A DNA stretch of 64,000 nt from the human T2T-CHM13v2.0 reference genome, Homo sapiens. Location: the NCBI RefSeq assembly GCF_009914755.1, contig NC_060933.1; one strand, given 5' to 3'. This document shows, in pieces, positions 1 to 14,039 of this stretch. Each line of letters opens with the position of its first letter. Position 1 is the first letter of the stretch. The translations under genes and the position numbers were made by a program. Below the pieces are notes generated by a model. It was not told the origin of the DNA. It made no database searches and saw nothing but the letters and a program-made list of their open reading frames with translations.

Positions 1-879
1 TAAACAGAAGGTGCCTATCTCTAGTATAGTTGAGCTGTGCTTCCCACTCGTATATATTTTTCATTTTTGTTTTGTTTTGTTTACCTGCAAGAGACAGGGG
101 AAGCATACATTTCAGAAATGATATCACATTTTTGGTGTTTTTGTTTCCCCTTTATAGTAAGAGATAGTGTCAGTATTGATGTCTTTCTTGTATTATTTCT
201 GTTTCTTGCTTTTACCCTTTCCTGGATTTGTGATGAGTTTGTTCAGTTAGTGCTAGTTATATGGTAAATATTTTACTCCACGGGCTGTATAATCATGGAA
301 AAAATGTGTGTGGTGTTGTTATTAAGTGAATTTTAATCAGGAATGTCAGGATTTGAAGCAGAGTGAGAATAGGATGAAAAGATATGAGGAGGACCCAGAT
401 TCCAGTTCCTCTATGGTCTGGATGACCAGGCACCGCTCAGTACTGAAAAGAGAAACTTCATTTCGCCCTTCTCTGACCTACTCTGTTTCTGCACTGGGCA
501 GATGGCTTTGTCCATTGTCTACATTAGTATTTCGTGCTATTTTTTTGTGGCTATTAGGGGTTTCAATCTGAAGATGAGGACATTAATTTAGAGGACATGA
601 TTTCAAGTGAATTCCCCAAGATCTGGGGATAATAAATGTACATATGCATTTTATTAAGCTTTAGAATTTCTTAGCTAATATGAACAAAAGTGTCTTAATT
701 ATGTGAGATAGACTAGAGATTGAGGAAATATGCTTAAGTAAACTTTTTCAAGTTTCTTAAGAAAAGGAAAAGTAAACTTAAATAATTGCTTTTTAGGAGA
801 TAAGTCTGTGTATCAAAAAATGTACAGGTAATTAGAAAACCTTGCGAAAACATTTCAAACTCTAAAACGTTATTTGCGA

Positions 880-1040
880 CTTTTTTTTGTCCTCTGTGCC
901 TTAGTTTTGCAGTTTATAAAATGGAATAAATATTGTTTCCTTCATAAAGTTACATTATGGATTGAACAAAACAATGCTTGTAAACTACTTGGAGTGCCTG
1001 GCAGTGGGCACAGACTCAGTAAATGTAAGTATAGTCATTT
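880..1040 (+). mobile_element. MIR SINE fragment
   Basis: Degenerate MIR core/3' end (CTCTGTGCCTTAGTTT...ATAAAATGG...GTGCCTGGCA...CTCAGTAAATGT). Boundaries approximate. Confidence 0.6.
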
Positions 1041-2020
1041 TTTATTATGCTTCCTAAAGAAATATAGACCCTGGGAAGATTACAAAGATAAAATATTAAG
1101 AAAATAAAACTGTACCATATTTAGTATACATGCATCCTAAAATAATATGTTAGAGAAGATATAATAAATATTATGTTGAAGTTGAACTAATTAGGCAAGT
1201 GGAAATTCTTGTCAGTATATTTGAAACCTGTGGAAAAATATATAGGAAGTGGTTTCTTCTTGAAATACTAAGCTGACACTCCTTCTCCCCCTCTGCAATA
1301 CACACACAGAGATGTAGTTATTGACAGGAAGAGTGATGAAACTCAAGAAGAAAAGTCACAGGTGAACAGTGACAATGAGACTCCTTCTGGGCCGGACGCA
1401 CTGAGATGCATCACCCACTGATCACTGAAGCATCAAAGGAGGATGTTTTTCTTCTTGCATCAGGGACTAATCCTTTACCTCTCTGGCCCTGCAGCTTCTC
1501 TTTGTCAGTGTCACTGTCTGTTAGTGTTTCGATGTGACCTTTATCATTCCCTAACTCTCCCTCCCTTTCCTACTGTCTTTATTTTTATCTGATAATTTCC
1601 TTTTGGTTATGTTTAAGATAAATTTTTGGGTCCATTACAATTTTGTATTTTTTCAACATTAGAAATTAAGCTATGCAAGGCAACAAGTTAAGGAAAATTC
1701 AATGAAGACTCCAGAATGCCTATGGCAAGAAATAAACGTGTTGTTGACTGAGGAATATTCCGGCTCCACTAAACACTATTCCAGAGTGTTTCTAAAAGGG
1801 AAAAGGCTGACATGGAATGAGCTGTGTCTCAGGAGCAAATAGGTGAGACAGCCAATATGGTCTTGCAAGACATCTCCTAGAATGCATAGAGAGGAAAGCC
1901 TGTGCCAAAGCTTCTCTCTGTGACTAGAATTCAGTCACAAATTAGATTCCATATTACTGTGTACCATGAGCAAGACTCCAAATGCTGTCTTTCAAGATTG
2001 CATTAGAAAGGAAGAAAACT

Positions 2021-2368
<348 letters not shown>

Positions 2369-4195
2369 TTATTCTAAAATGTCTATAGAGATGTAATTTT
2401 TCAACCAGGGACAAAAGTTTCTATCCTAAAATGTTCATAAAACTAGTGGCATGAAGTACGGCATCCATAACTATAAAATCTCTTTCTCTTTCATTTTGTG
2501 TTGTGAATATTGCTCTCTTTCTGCTTGTGAAAATTTCACTTCACTGGTTTCCTATTGAAGTTAAACTTAAGTGGGGTGCTCACTTGTAGGTTCGATTGGA
2601 AGAAAATTTCATGTATTGGGAAGGATGACAGGAGCTCAGTGAATGATAAGGGGCACAAATTATGGTCTTTAGTAGAAAGCCTGTCTCTTCATTTCCTCTT
2701 CAGGACTTCCAACATCCCTACATTATCATTTTATATACATGTTAGGAGTTCAAGTCTGATAGAATAAAAGTGAATTTTTAGATTCTTGAATTATAGTATT
2801 TCTAAATGATCATTAAAAGGTAAATAATTACCAATTTTGGGAAGAATAGAAATAAGGGAAATATATTTGAGACCAGATGGAGTATAATAGCAATCAGTAT
2901 TCTTTATAGACATAGATAGCAGGTCTTGATAAGCAGTGAGATGCGGCTAAGCCTGTTGCTTCACCTGTTTCTGTGAGAGTTGGGCCCCTTGCAATAAACG
3001 TTCCATGTATAGAAGACACAACAACCTTTCAGGACACACTGATGACTGAGAAATAGCATGTAAGAAAGGGGAGAGCCCCATTTAGTGTTAGAATCATGCA
3101 ACCCAACAAACATTTTTTCCTTAAAAAAATAATCCTGAAGCAGTAACTGGGGCACTCAGAACAACCTGGGACAGAAAAATCATTTGTTATGGTAGTAGAA
3201 CGGATATTTGAAAATATTGCATGGGTGTTGTAAGGCAAATATGTCTGAATTTGAAAATAATTCTGCTGTCAAATTTTGATGAAATACAAGACAAATAAAA
3301 TGGATAGGGAATGATGAACTAATAATCACTCAAGTCTCATTCAAATACTAATGAAGGAAGTACGTTCATGCTAGCAAACTTCTAAGTCTTCTCCATCCAT
3401 TTCCTGGGTTAGACCAGAGGAGTGGCCGATCCAGAAGCTATGTTATTAAAGAGAACCCCTGTGAACTGCATCAAGGTAGAATTAAAGGCCAGAGATATGG
3501 TGTTAAATGTCAGCGGTATTACAAGGGGGTGCACTATGAAAGGGGGTTGAATCTGAGCTTTGTAGGGGAGCAAATTAGTGTCACAGAATATTTCATGAAT
3601 TTTTTCAATTCCTGGAAATTAAATATGGGAATTTAAACTGATGTCAAAGAAGTCTCAAACAATCCCCATGTTCTAAAGAAAGCCTAAAGTAATTGGGACC
3701 AGTCATCTTCTCAGGACTTAGTCAGACTGGGTCAGATTAACTCTTCCACTCAAACTGTCGGGTTTTATGTCCTTTACCCTGCTTACATGAGATAACTAAT
3801 GAGTCATCAGATTTTTCAGAGAACCTGTTTGAAGTCCTCTGGAAGAGTCAAGAAGGGAGTGAGTGGCTTGCGATACCCTTTCCTGCTGTGAGAGAGGAAG
3901 AGCCTGTTTCCCACCCACAAGCTGAGTGAATGTGGTTCTGAGAAAATGGTTTAAGAGATGAAGAATGTCTGAAAGAAAGGGAGACTGACATTTAGTTTCT
4001 CTTTGGAAGTGTTCTTAGGAAGTGATGTGCTGATCTGACTGACATATATACCTTTTGGGACAGCCCTGTAGCAGTCAGCCTGGTGATGCAAAAACATGCG
4101 CGGTTTTGTGGGTCCATTGGATCTTGGAAGAAGGTGACCTTGAGCTGGTCTGCAGGCTCCTCACCCAGGAAGACTGTTTCTTGAGATAACAGTTC

Positions 4196-4786
4196 TGTCA
4201 GAGACATTTGAACCAGAACGACTCTATCTCGATTAGGGCCTTGGTAAAATGCGAGTGAGACTTACTGGTATATGCATTCCCAAGAGTTTAGGCATTCTTA
4301 GTCACAGGGTATTTACAGTTAAGGAAGCAAGTTAATAATGTTTACTGAAGAGACCCTGGACTTAACAGACCCAGCCAATTTCACACCCAGGAAATGTCCT
4401 GATGCCCTGATATCTTAAGAACAAATGCATTCTTAGCCTAAGAATCTTTCGTTTTAAAGATAATCATACAGATTCTTACAGAAGACAGTGGTTACACAAA
4501 GATTAACAATCCTTTGTCACAAACCCTTGCAGTGGAGCACATCTCCCCCATGATTTTTTGCTCTGTTATCTTATATATAAACAAGCATTGTACCTAAGGT
4601 GCATTCATTCCTCCTCCTGCTTTTGGGAATGACCTTCTCTGTCTACGGAGCAGCCATTCATTCATTCCTTTACTTTCTTAGTAAACGTGTTGTCACTTTA
4701 TTCTGTGGATTCACCTTGAATTCTTTCTTGCACAAGATCTGAGAACTGTCTCTTGGGGTCTGGACTGGGATGCCTATCTGGTAACA
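4196..4786 (+). mobile_element. MER41-family solo LTR (ERV1; MER41C/D/E-like)
   Basis: Starts TGTCAGAGACATTTGAACCAG and ends TCTCTTGGGGTCTGG...GGTAACA, like MER41 consensus ends. 4-bp TSD GTTC at 4192-4195 and 4787-4790. Confidence 0.9.
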
Positions 4787-5156
4787 GTTCCATCAACAGA
4801 GGCGGGAGCTGTGGCAAAGAGTGGAAAGAAATTAAACTAGAATGAGATCTTCCCTTTGAAAGAACTTTGCATTGGGTGAAGTCCCTCAAGGAGCTCACAT
4901 GAACCTAATTTACACTTGCAACAGAGACCCTTGAGCTAAAGTCAATATTTAATGAAAGGGTACAGCAGAAAGGGGCTCTAAAAGCAGCCTGAGAACTAAA
5001 GAGCTACAACCCCTTCTCTACTCAAGCCTCTTTCTCAGAAGTCTGAGGTGAAAGAGATAAACATTAAATATCACACAAGACAAAAGATCTAAATAAGTCT
5101 AAAAGAGTTTATACTTAAAAGTGACTGGAAGTTACAGAATGTGTCCAATATGTAGC

Positions 5157-5925
<769 letters not shown>

Positions 5926-6384
5926 GTAGTTAAAAGAAAGTAAAGGAGGGTTTCACAGAGCATGGTTGATGGAAACATTGGGAAAAAATTAAAGCTTGAA
6001 CTCTATCAAGTTCAGACTCATCAATAAAATGATTTTTATCACACAGAGGTTGATAAGCAGCTCATAACAACAGCAGAGAGAAATGATTCTGGGCCTAGAA
6101 CATGGCTGAAGCAGGTTTGCACTGCCATGTGACCCAGTGGCAGCTATGACCTTTACAAGCAGAAGAGAAAAAACTAGAATCTTTAAAATGACCTAGGATG
6201 TTGGGATCATCACTTTTAAATATATTTCACATAAATAATTTTGTGTTATTGTTGGCTTTATTCATGTATTTACTTTGATTTATGTATTATTTTATTTTAT
6301 TTTTCCTCAGGGTTACTAATTTTGTAAGAGACATTATTTAGCCAAGGACATTTGAAATAAAAGCTTGTAAAACTGCAGCTTATC

Positions 6385-6500
6385 TGGTTCCATTTGAATT
6401 TTAGGATTGTTTTTCTATTTCTGTGAAATCTGACATTGGAGTTTTGATAGGAATTGCACTGAATCTATAAATAGCCTTGGGTGGGATGGACATTTTAATA
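6385..6500 (-). mobile_element. Old L1M ORF2 fragment
   Basis: GGTTCCATTTGAATTTTAGGATTG...GGAATTGCACTGAATCTAT matches antisense L1 ORF2. Confidence 0.75.
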
Positions 6501-7475
6501 AAAAATAACTTTTCCTGTGAACATTATCATGATCTTCAAAAGCTGATAAAATAATACAATGAATCTATTGTATCAATCACTATCTGCAATGCTTTTCAAC
6601 ATACCTTGATTCATTATCACCCTTCTCTAATTTTAGTCTCCATAGATTATTTTGAAACACATCCAATACATTACATAATTTTACTGTGATAAATACTTCT
6701 AGGTGCTCTTGTAAATGATATGTAGGCCTTTCAGGTCTCTAACTACATTAAATTTGTGGATTTATATTTTCTGTGTCACAGTCACTCTGAAAGCTTAGAA
6801 AGGCAGCACAAATTATTGGTACTACAGAAACCTGATTGAGTCTTGATTGATTATTTATTCTAAAGACATTTATTAACTGGCTACTTTGTGGGAAGAAATT
6901 GTAAATACTGATTAAGAGCTTAACTTTAAGAGGTAGCTGAGTTTGAGTCCAAATTCTATTTCTAATACTTTCTACCTAAATAAAAGCTGTTATCCTCTGA
7001 CCTTTTATATCTTTATTGATATAGCAAAACTTACATAGCTTACCCAATAATATAATTGTAAGCATTAAATACGTTGCACAAATAATGTATTTTAAGCAAT
7101 GACTGGCACTGTATGCAGCAGCTAATGCTATTATTTGTACTGCAGTGTAGTAGTAAAGTGACAGTGTGAGATGCTAGAGAGAAAAGGAATGTCTCATGAT
7201 AAATTGGTTAAGTTGAAATAAGATTTTCCTAGACTAATGGAGTGATTCTAGAGTAGTCTCCTAGCAGTCTAGGTAGCAAGAATCTTTCTGTGGTACTCAG
7301 AGGTCTCAACATTTCCCTTCCCAGACAGTCTTTGCAAAATTTATATTTTCTGCTTCGTGTAGCTGACCCCATCAGTTATCCAGTATGACATATGTATTAT
7401 GTCAGCAAGTTATCTTAAGTTTCAAAGACAGCGTATAAAACATAATGTTAAGCAAAACCTATCAAATTAAAACTG

Positions 7476-9423
7476 GATCTTTTGCAGAAATTGACAAGCT
7501 GATTTAAAATTTTTTAAATTTTCATAGAAATGCAAGGGATGCCGAATAACCAAAACAATTTTGAAAAAAAAAATTTGGAGAACTCACATCTCAGACACAT
7601 TATAAATCAATGGAATAGAATTATGTGTCCAGAAATAAATCCTCACATTTAAGGCCAACTCATTTTGGAGAAGGGTGCCAAGATTTTTCAATAGAAAAAA
7701 ATCAATAGAAGAAACAGGCTTTTCAATAGATGATGCTGCCGCATATGAATATCTACATACAGAAGACTGAAATTAAAAACCTGCCTCACACAATATGCAA
7801 AAATTGCTTCAAAATGGATGAAAGACCTAAATATAAGAGTTTAAACTTAAACATTTTAGAAAACAATTTAGAAGTGAATCTTCATGACCATAGGTTAGGG
7901 AATAGTTCTTTAGATATGGCACCTAAAACCCAAACAACCAAGGAAAACATAGATAAATTGGACATTACTGAAATTAAAACAACTTTTGCAGTTTAAAAGA
8001 TACTGTCAAGAGAGTAAAAAACACAACTCACTTGATATAGTTTGAATATATGTCCCCGCCAAATCTCATGATGAATTGTAATCCCCAATGTTGAAGGTAG
8101 GACCTGGTGGGTGGTATGTGGGTCATGGGGGTGAATCCCTCATAGCTTGGTGCTGACCTCAAGATAGTGAGTGCTCATGAGATATGGCTGTGTTAACAAG
8201 TGTGTGGCATCTTCCCTGCCCCAATTCTGTCTCTTGCTTGCTCTCTGCCGTATGAGATGCCAGCTCCCACTTCACCTTACACTGTGCGTAAAAAAGCTCC
8301 TTGGAGCCTCGCTAGAAGCAGAGCAGATACCAGCATCATGCTCCCTGTACAGCCTGTAGCACTGTGAGCCAATTAAACCTCGTTTATTTATAAATCACCA
8401 AGTCACAGGTATTTCTCTATAGCAATACAAGAACAGCCTAATACATCACTGAATGAGAGAAAATATTTGCAAATATGTATCTGATCATGAACTTATACTC
8501 ATAACATATAAAGAACTCTCACAATGTCGTAAAAGAGGAAATAACCCAATTAAGAAATAGTCAAAGAATTTCAGTAGATAGTTCTCCAAATACAAAATTA
8601 AAACGGCCAATAAGCATTTGACCAATGGTATTGAGGAAAAGATGCTCAGAACCATTAGTCACTAAGGAAATGCAAGTCAAACCCACAATGAGATGTTACT
8701 TTATACCCACAAGGATGGCTATAATAAAAGAAAGATTTAAGCAATAGTATGATAGATGTTGGTAAGGATGGAAAAAATATAGAACCTTCCTACATTGTTG
8801 GTGGGAATGTAGCAACTTTGAAAAACATTTTGGCAGCTCCACAAAATGTTAAATATATGGTTACCATATGACCTGGCAATTTCTCTTCTCAGTATACACC
8901 CAAGAGAAATGAAAATGTATGTCCACATAAAAGTTTATACACAAATGTTCATAGCCACATTATTCATAATAATCTAAAAAGTGAAATAACCTAAATATTT
9001 ACCAACCCATGAATGGGTGAAAAATATGTAGTGTATCTCTAGCAATGGAATGTTACTCAGCCATACATAAAAACAAATGCAATACTGATACATGCAACAA
9101 CACGGATAAACTTTGTAAATATTATGCTAAGGAAGCTAGTCACAAAAGACCACCTATTGTATATGAATGCATATATGTAAAATGTCCAGAATGGGCAAAA
9201 TAGAGAGACAGAAAATAGATTAATGTTTGCCTATGGCTTAGGGTACTGTAGGCTACTTGAGATGAACTGCTAAAGAGGGCAGGGTTTCTTTTTGGGGTGA
9301 TGAACATTTTCTAAAATTAGATTGCTGTGATGGTGGCACAAATCCCTGAGTATGCTAAACAGTATTGAATTGTACACTTTAAATGGGTGAATTTTTTGGA
9401 ACATGAATTGTATCTCAATTAAC
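7476..9423 (+). mobile_element. L1MB-type (L1MB7/8-like) 3' portion, interrupted by an MSTA LTR
   Basis: Decayed ORF2 C-terminal half (the ORF at 7730-7996 is L1 ORF2-like). L1MB 3'UTR ends TTGTACACTTTAAATGGGTGAA...TATCTCAAT. Confidence 0.85.
8033..8445 (+). mobile_element. MSTA-type MaLR solo LTR
   Basis: TGATATAGTTTG...CCAAATCTCATG...AGCCAATTAAACCTC...GCCTAATACA. Perfect 5-bp TSD TCACT at 8028-8032 and 8446-8450. Confidence 0.92.
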
Positions 9424-9701
9424 CTCGTATTATGGAATACAAGGACATCAGAGGTGTAAGGGATTTAGGGATTACATCTTAGTTTGATGCAGGCTATTAT
9501 TTGGGGTTCCTTTAATAAGGTTATCTTCTTAGAACATGAGAAGTCCCTGTTCATGCTAACTAGTTGGATTCCAGAAGTCAAAAAACACAAATTTGCTGAG
9601 TAGAGAAAGCTTAATTAGCCTGAGCAGTGAAGAGTACCAGATTGCTAGGGAGTCAATGCAAAGAGGAAAAAGATTTTAAACGATACAAAAATCCTCTAGT
9701 G

Positions 9702-9915
9702 TAGGGATCAGGACACTTTTTTTTCTAAAGAATTGGTCGGTAAGTATTTTAGGTTTACAGATCATATGGTCACAACTATTCAACTCTGTGCTTGTATTGA
9801 GAAAAATCCACAGACTGCATGTATATCAATGGGAGTGGTATAGTTCCAATCAAATTTTATTTATAAAATAGGCATGGTTGTATTTGGCCTGCAGACCACA
9901 GCTTGCTGACCCATG
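9702..9915 (-). mobile_element. MER58A-like hAT-Charlie MITE
   Basis: About 215 bp, degenerate CAGGGGTCGGCAAA-type TIRs, internal match to MER58A, CTCT-starting target remnants on both sides. Confidence 0.75.
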
Positions 9916-10162
9916 CTCTGAAAGAAAGCAGGTGTTACAGAGAGGAAATCGGGAATAAACAATTGTCTAAATCTAATACCTGCAACTTCTATTTCTGGAT
10001 GAAGAGAAGAGAGATGAAAAGTTTAATTTAGCTGCTAATATAACACACCTGACTACTTACGAAGATATCTGGTTCATCTGGGGACTAGGAATTTCCAGGC
10101 CAGCCCAGTATTTGAGGCCAAGGCAGACGAAGAAGCTTAGCCTGATGCTATCTGCACTCTGA

Positions 10163-10582
<420 letters not shown>

Positions 10583-12639
10583 TAATCTCAAGATGGACTT
10601 ATTTCTTCTCTGACAATGGATTTTCCCTGTATAATGGATACCTCTATGAAAAGTTAAGTTCAAAGTCTCATAGGGGTTATGAAATATTAAGAACCTTACC
10701 CTATGGGGTCTTTGCGTGTTTTCTGAGAGAGAATGCAAGTAATCAAGTAGTAGTAAGACACTGTGGAGACTACTTAGAAACTGTCAGGCAGATAAAAATA
10801 TTAATGGGAATTTAAAGCAAGAATAATGGCAATAGAGCTGAGATTTCCTCTCTAGAGTGTTTTTCCAAAGGCTTTGTGGCAACAGCAGAACATTTAGGAA
10901 ACAAGGGATCTGGGAAGCTGTTACGGGAACAACTGTAGTGGGGATTTATTCTAAGGACTCTAGAGGATTAATTCGATCTTGTCCTCCACCTCATTTATTT
11001 ATTTTATATTTATACTGATGTTAGTGTGGAGATTTTTTGCGTGATTTCATGTTCAAAGTAACTTCTGGTTTGTGAAGTTGTTATCAGTGCTCACTCAGGA
11101 AAACCTATCCATGAGTAGAGTGAGAACAGGAAGAAGAGGGTATCTGGGTCGATATTTGGAATTCTTGTTGTCTCTGATCTGTGTTCATCTGTGGGTGGCC
11201 TCCATGCCTCCCCAGAGCTGCTTTGAATATCACCATTTTTCCATGCAGAAAATGTGGCACCATTACTTACTGAATCTTACATTTTTATTGTGTGAGTATT
11301 TAGAGATGTGACACTTGTCTAAGTAACACTTTCAAAGTGGATAACTGCTTAGAATCATCAAGCTATTGAGGTTAAGACATGTGAGCCTGTTTGTCCTTAA
11401 ATTCAAGACTTACTGAGTAAATATGTGAATAACAACCAATGACTTTGTGTGAGTGTTGAGTGGCTGGGGAGGACTAGAGTTGATACTCAGAATTCTCCAT
11501 CTAGACAACTCTAAGTTCTGAAGGGAAATATATGTGGCTTTAGTTCAAAAAAAAAATTAACAGGACCTGGTCAGTGACATCCTTTCCTTGTTTAGTCAGT
11601 GGCCCTGTTCATATATTTAGTGATAGGCTGCATATTAAGGGTGAATCAGGAAATCGTGGTGACCCTGCAATTTGCTGAGGAGAGCTGTATATGAAGTCGA
11701 CGTGAGACAAAGAACTGAGTTTAAATGAAGAGAATAGTGATCCTTAGTGGCTTGGGACACCAGAGACTCATCTTTACTCCTCAATGGACTCTGTTGATGA
11801 TGCCCTTGTACGTTCACTCCAGAGGCTGCCAAATAATATAACACTGAGGTTCTGTTTCCATGATACCTTGACCCGGAAAATTGCAAGAATAGGAAAAACG
11901 CTGAGATGAACAGCCTCAAACTCTTTAATTCCCCGAGAAAAGATGAATAAGAGGAAGTCTTGTAAGCTCAAAAAAAAGTTAAGCTTTAAGCTTACAAAGA
12001 AATTCGGTGGAAGTTCTAAATTATTCCAGAGTTAGAAATAGTAAAACCGAAAATATTTGTTCATGAATTGGCCTGGAAATTTGAAGGCTCTAAAGGAAGC
12101 ATTGTCTCCTGGCACCATCATTTGTATCTTTGATATTTTGGATAATCTTTAATGCCCTCTTCCATGAAATTGTGCTGATATTATATTTCTTATACAGTTG
12201 TAGATCAGACAAAAGGGGATACATTAAGGACTTATTAAATGGTAGCTATTCATATTAACTACTTATTAGTTTACAACTAAATAAGAAACTATCAGAGAAA
12301 ACACAGAGATAAAAATAAGCTTTCTTCTCAGTTTACTTGCCAATTTTTCATCTTTTTTCCCCAATAACATGTTTCTTTTTCTTCTGTTATTAAAGTTTGG
12401 TGTTAATTTGAAGATTTCACTACACTGATTGCACATTTAATGTAAATCTGTATGCAGCTACCAGGGAAGCAGATCTCACTATAACCAGTTTATACCCGCA
12501 AAGTGAGGATGGTTTGTGCTAAAGTTGGGGAGTTTCAGTTCCTTTCTTAAAATCCCCAACATCTTACAATTTCTGTGAGAATATCATTGCACTTAAAATA
12601 AAATGCTTTTAAAACAAAAACTTTACAAATCCTAAACAT

Positions 12640-13118
12640 TATCTACAAAGTGCAACGTGATCTGGCTCTGCTTCCTCTTCAATATCATGGTGTACCACCT
12701 TGTTTGTTAGGTGCTAAAACAGTGAGCTGTCTTTGAGTTCTTCAAATGCTTCAGGATCTGTTATATGATGTTCCCTTTAACAAGAATGCTATTTCGTCAT
12801 GCCCTGTATCTGCGTAGCCTTCAACTTAGATATAATTTCCCAAAGATGCATTTTTTTACCCTACCCTACCAGTTAAATATGTTTTCTCTTGTTATTCTCA
12901 CAGTATACTTTGTTCGTTTTCTCAAATTTAAGATACTCTGTGTGTGTGTGTGTGAGTGTGTGCATGTGTATGTGGTTTTACATGCTTTCTTTTTTTTTTT
13001 CAGCAGACTGTAAATTTCATGAAATAGGATCCATGTCCCTTTATTCTCTCCTGTTTACCTAGTAGAAGGCCTGGCACATTTTAGATTGTCAATAAATATC
13101 TCTAGAGTGAATGGATGA
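12640..13118 (+). mobile_element. L2 3' fragment containing a (TG)n tract
   Basis: L2 3' terminus pattern AGACTGTAAATT...CCTGGCACAT...CAATAAATAT...GAATGGATGA. Confidence 0.7.
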
Positions 13119-13459
13119 CAGAGTGTGACTAGAATGGCATTTCCTAAAATGAAAGGAGATCTATGCCTAGTGTATGTACTGTTCTCTGTGAAGGCAGTAT
13201 TACCTATCTAAGGGTGTGTCAGAAAAGCAGAGTAGGATCATAAAATAGTTTGAAAATATTTCTCTGACATTGGAAAGTTATGTGTGGGCTACACCCAGCA
13301 GGAGTAATTGTTGGAAATTGCTTGCATTATGATGAATGATAAATGCCAGGAGAATAATGAATAATTCCAGATAAGAGAATAAGCTTTGTACTTGTTTAGA
13401 ACATAAACCTGCATTCTTTTAATAATAGCAGCCAAGGATAAATTAAAAATAAAAATCTT

Positions 13460-13955
13460 GTTTTGCAATGCTCTCCTGTATAAACATTCAAAGTCTTATC
13501 AATTCAATTAGAAATAAATCCAAAATTCTCAATACAAGATTTACCATATCTTAGATTTTCCTGCCAACCATACCCACAGCATTTAGTATCATCCTTCCCC
13601 CAGGTAACTAAGCTCTAATCCCAAAGCCTGATTTCTGTATCCAGATGGGCTAAGCTCTTTGCTGCTTCAGTGACTTTGTACTAACTCACTTTTCCCTTGG
13701 CCCTTCACATGGCTGAATCCGTTTTTTCTGTCAGCTCTCAGTTCAAGTATCACTTTCTAAGGACTGCTTATTACCGAACTTTCTCTGTAAATTCCACACT
13801 TTCTTCTGCCCTTGTTGCTTTCTATCACATTATCTCGATAGTTTTTTAATAGCACTTGCCATAATCAGAAATTATGTATTAATTTTTGTTCTAAATATTG
13901 CATATACATTTTTGTCTAGAATGAAAGATCTATGATGAAAAGGGATGTATGGTTT
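13460..13955 (+). mobile_element. L2 fragment
   Basis: Degenerate L2 3' region (AATAAATCCAAAATTCT, CTCTCAGTTCAAGTATCAC, TAGCACTTGCCA, CTAGAATGAAAG). Confidence 0.6.
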
Positions 13956-14039
13956 ACATTAGCAAACACGGCAAATAATACAACATCTCTAAGCCTCAGT
14001 TTCCTAAGATATAAAATACGGATTATAAGACATACCTTA

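Noticed and set aside
1310-1421. Exon-like purine-rich stretch translating as DVVIDRKSDETQEEKSQVNSDNETPSGPDALRCITH*
   Set aside because: Looks protein-like, but the acceptors are weak, no protein is recognised and there is no supporting neighbouring coding exon. A BLASTP hit would change this.
11580-11970. Unique stretch with several CpGs and short ORFs on both strands
   Set aside because: No recognisable domain, TSD/poly(A) or good splice-site pair. Cannot be called a pseudogene or exon.
12522-12562. 17-bp imperfect inverted repeat (GTTGGGGA...TCCCCAAC)
   Set aside because: 14/17 pairing is expected by chance in 64 kb, and it is too short for a pre-miRNA call.
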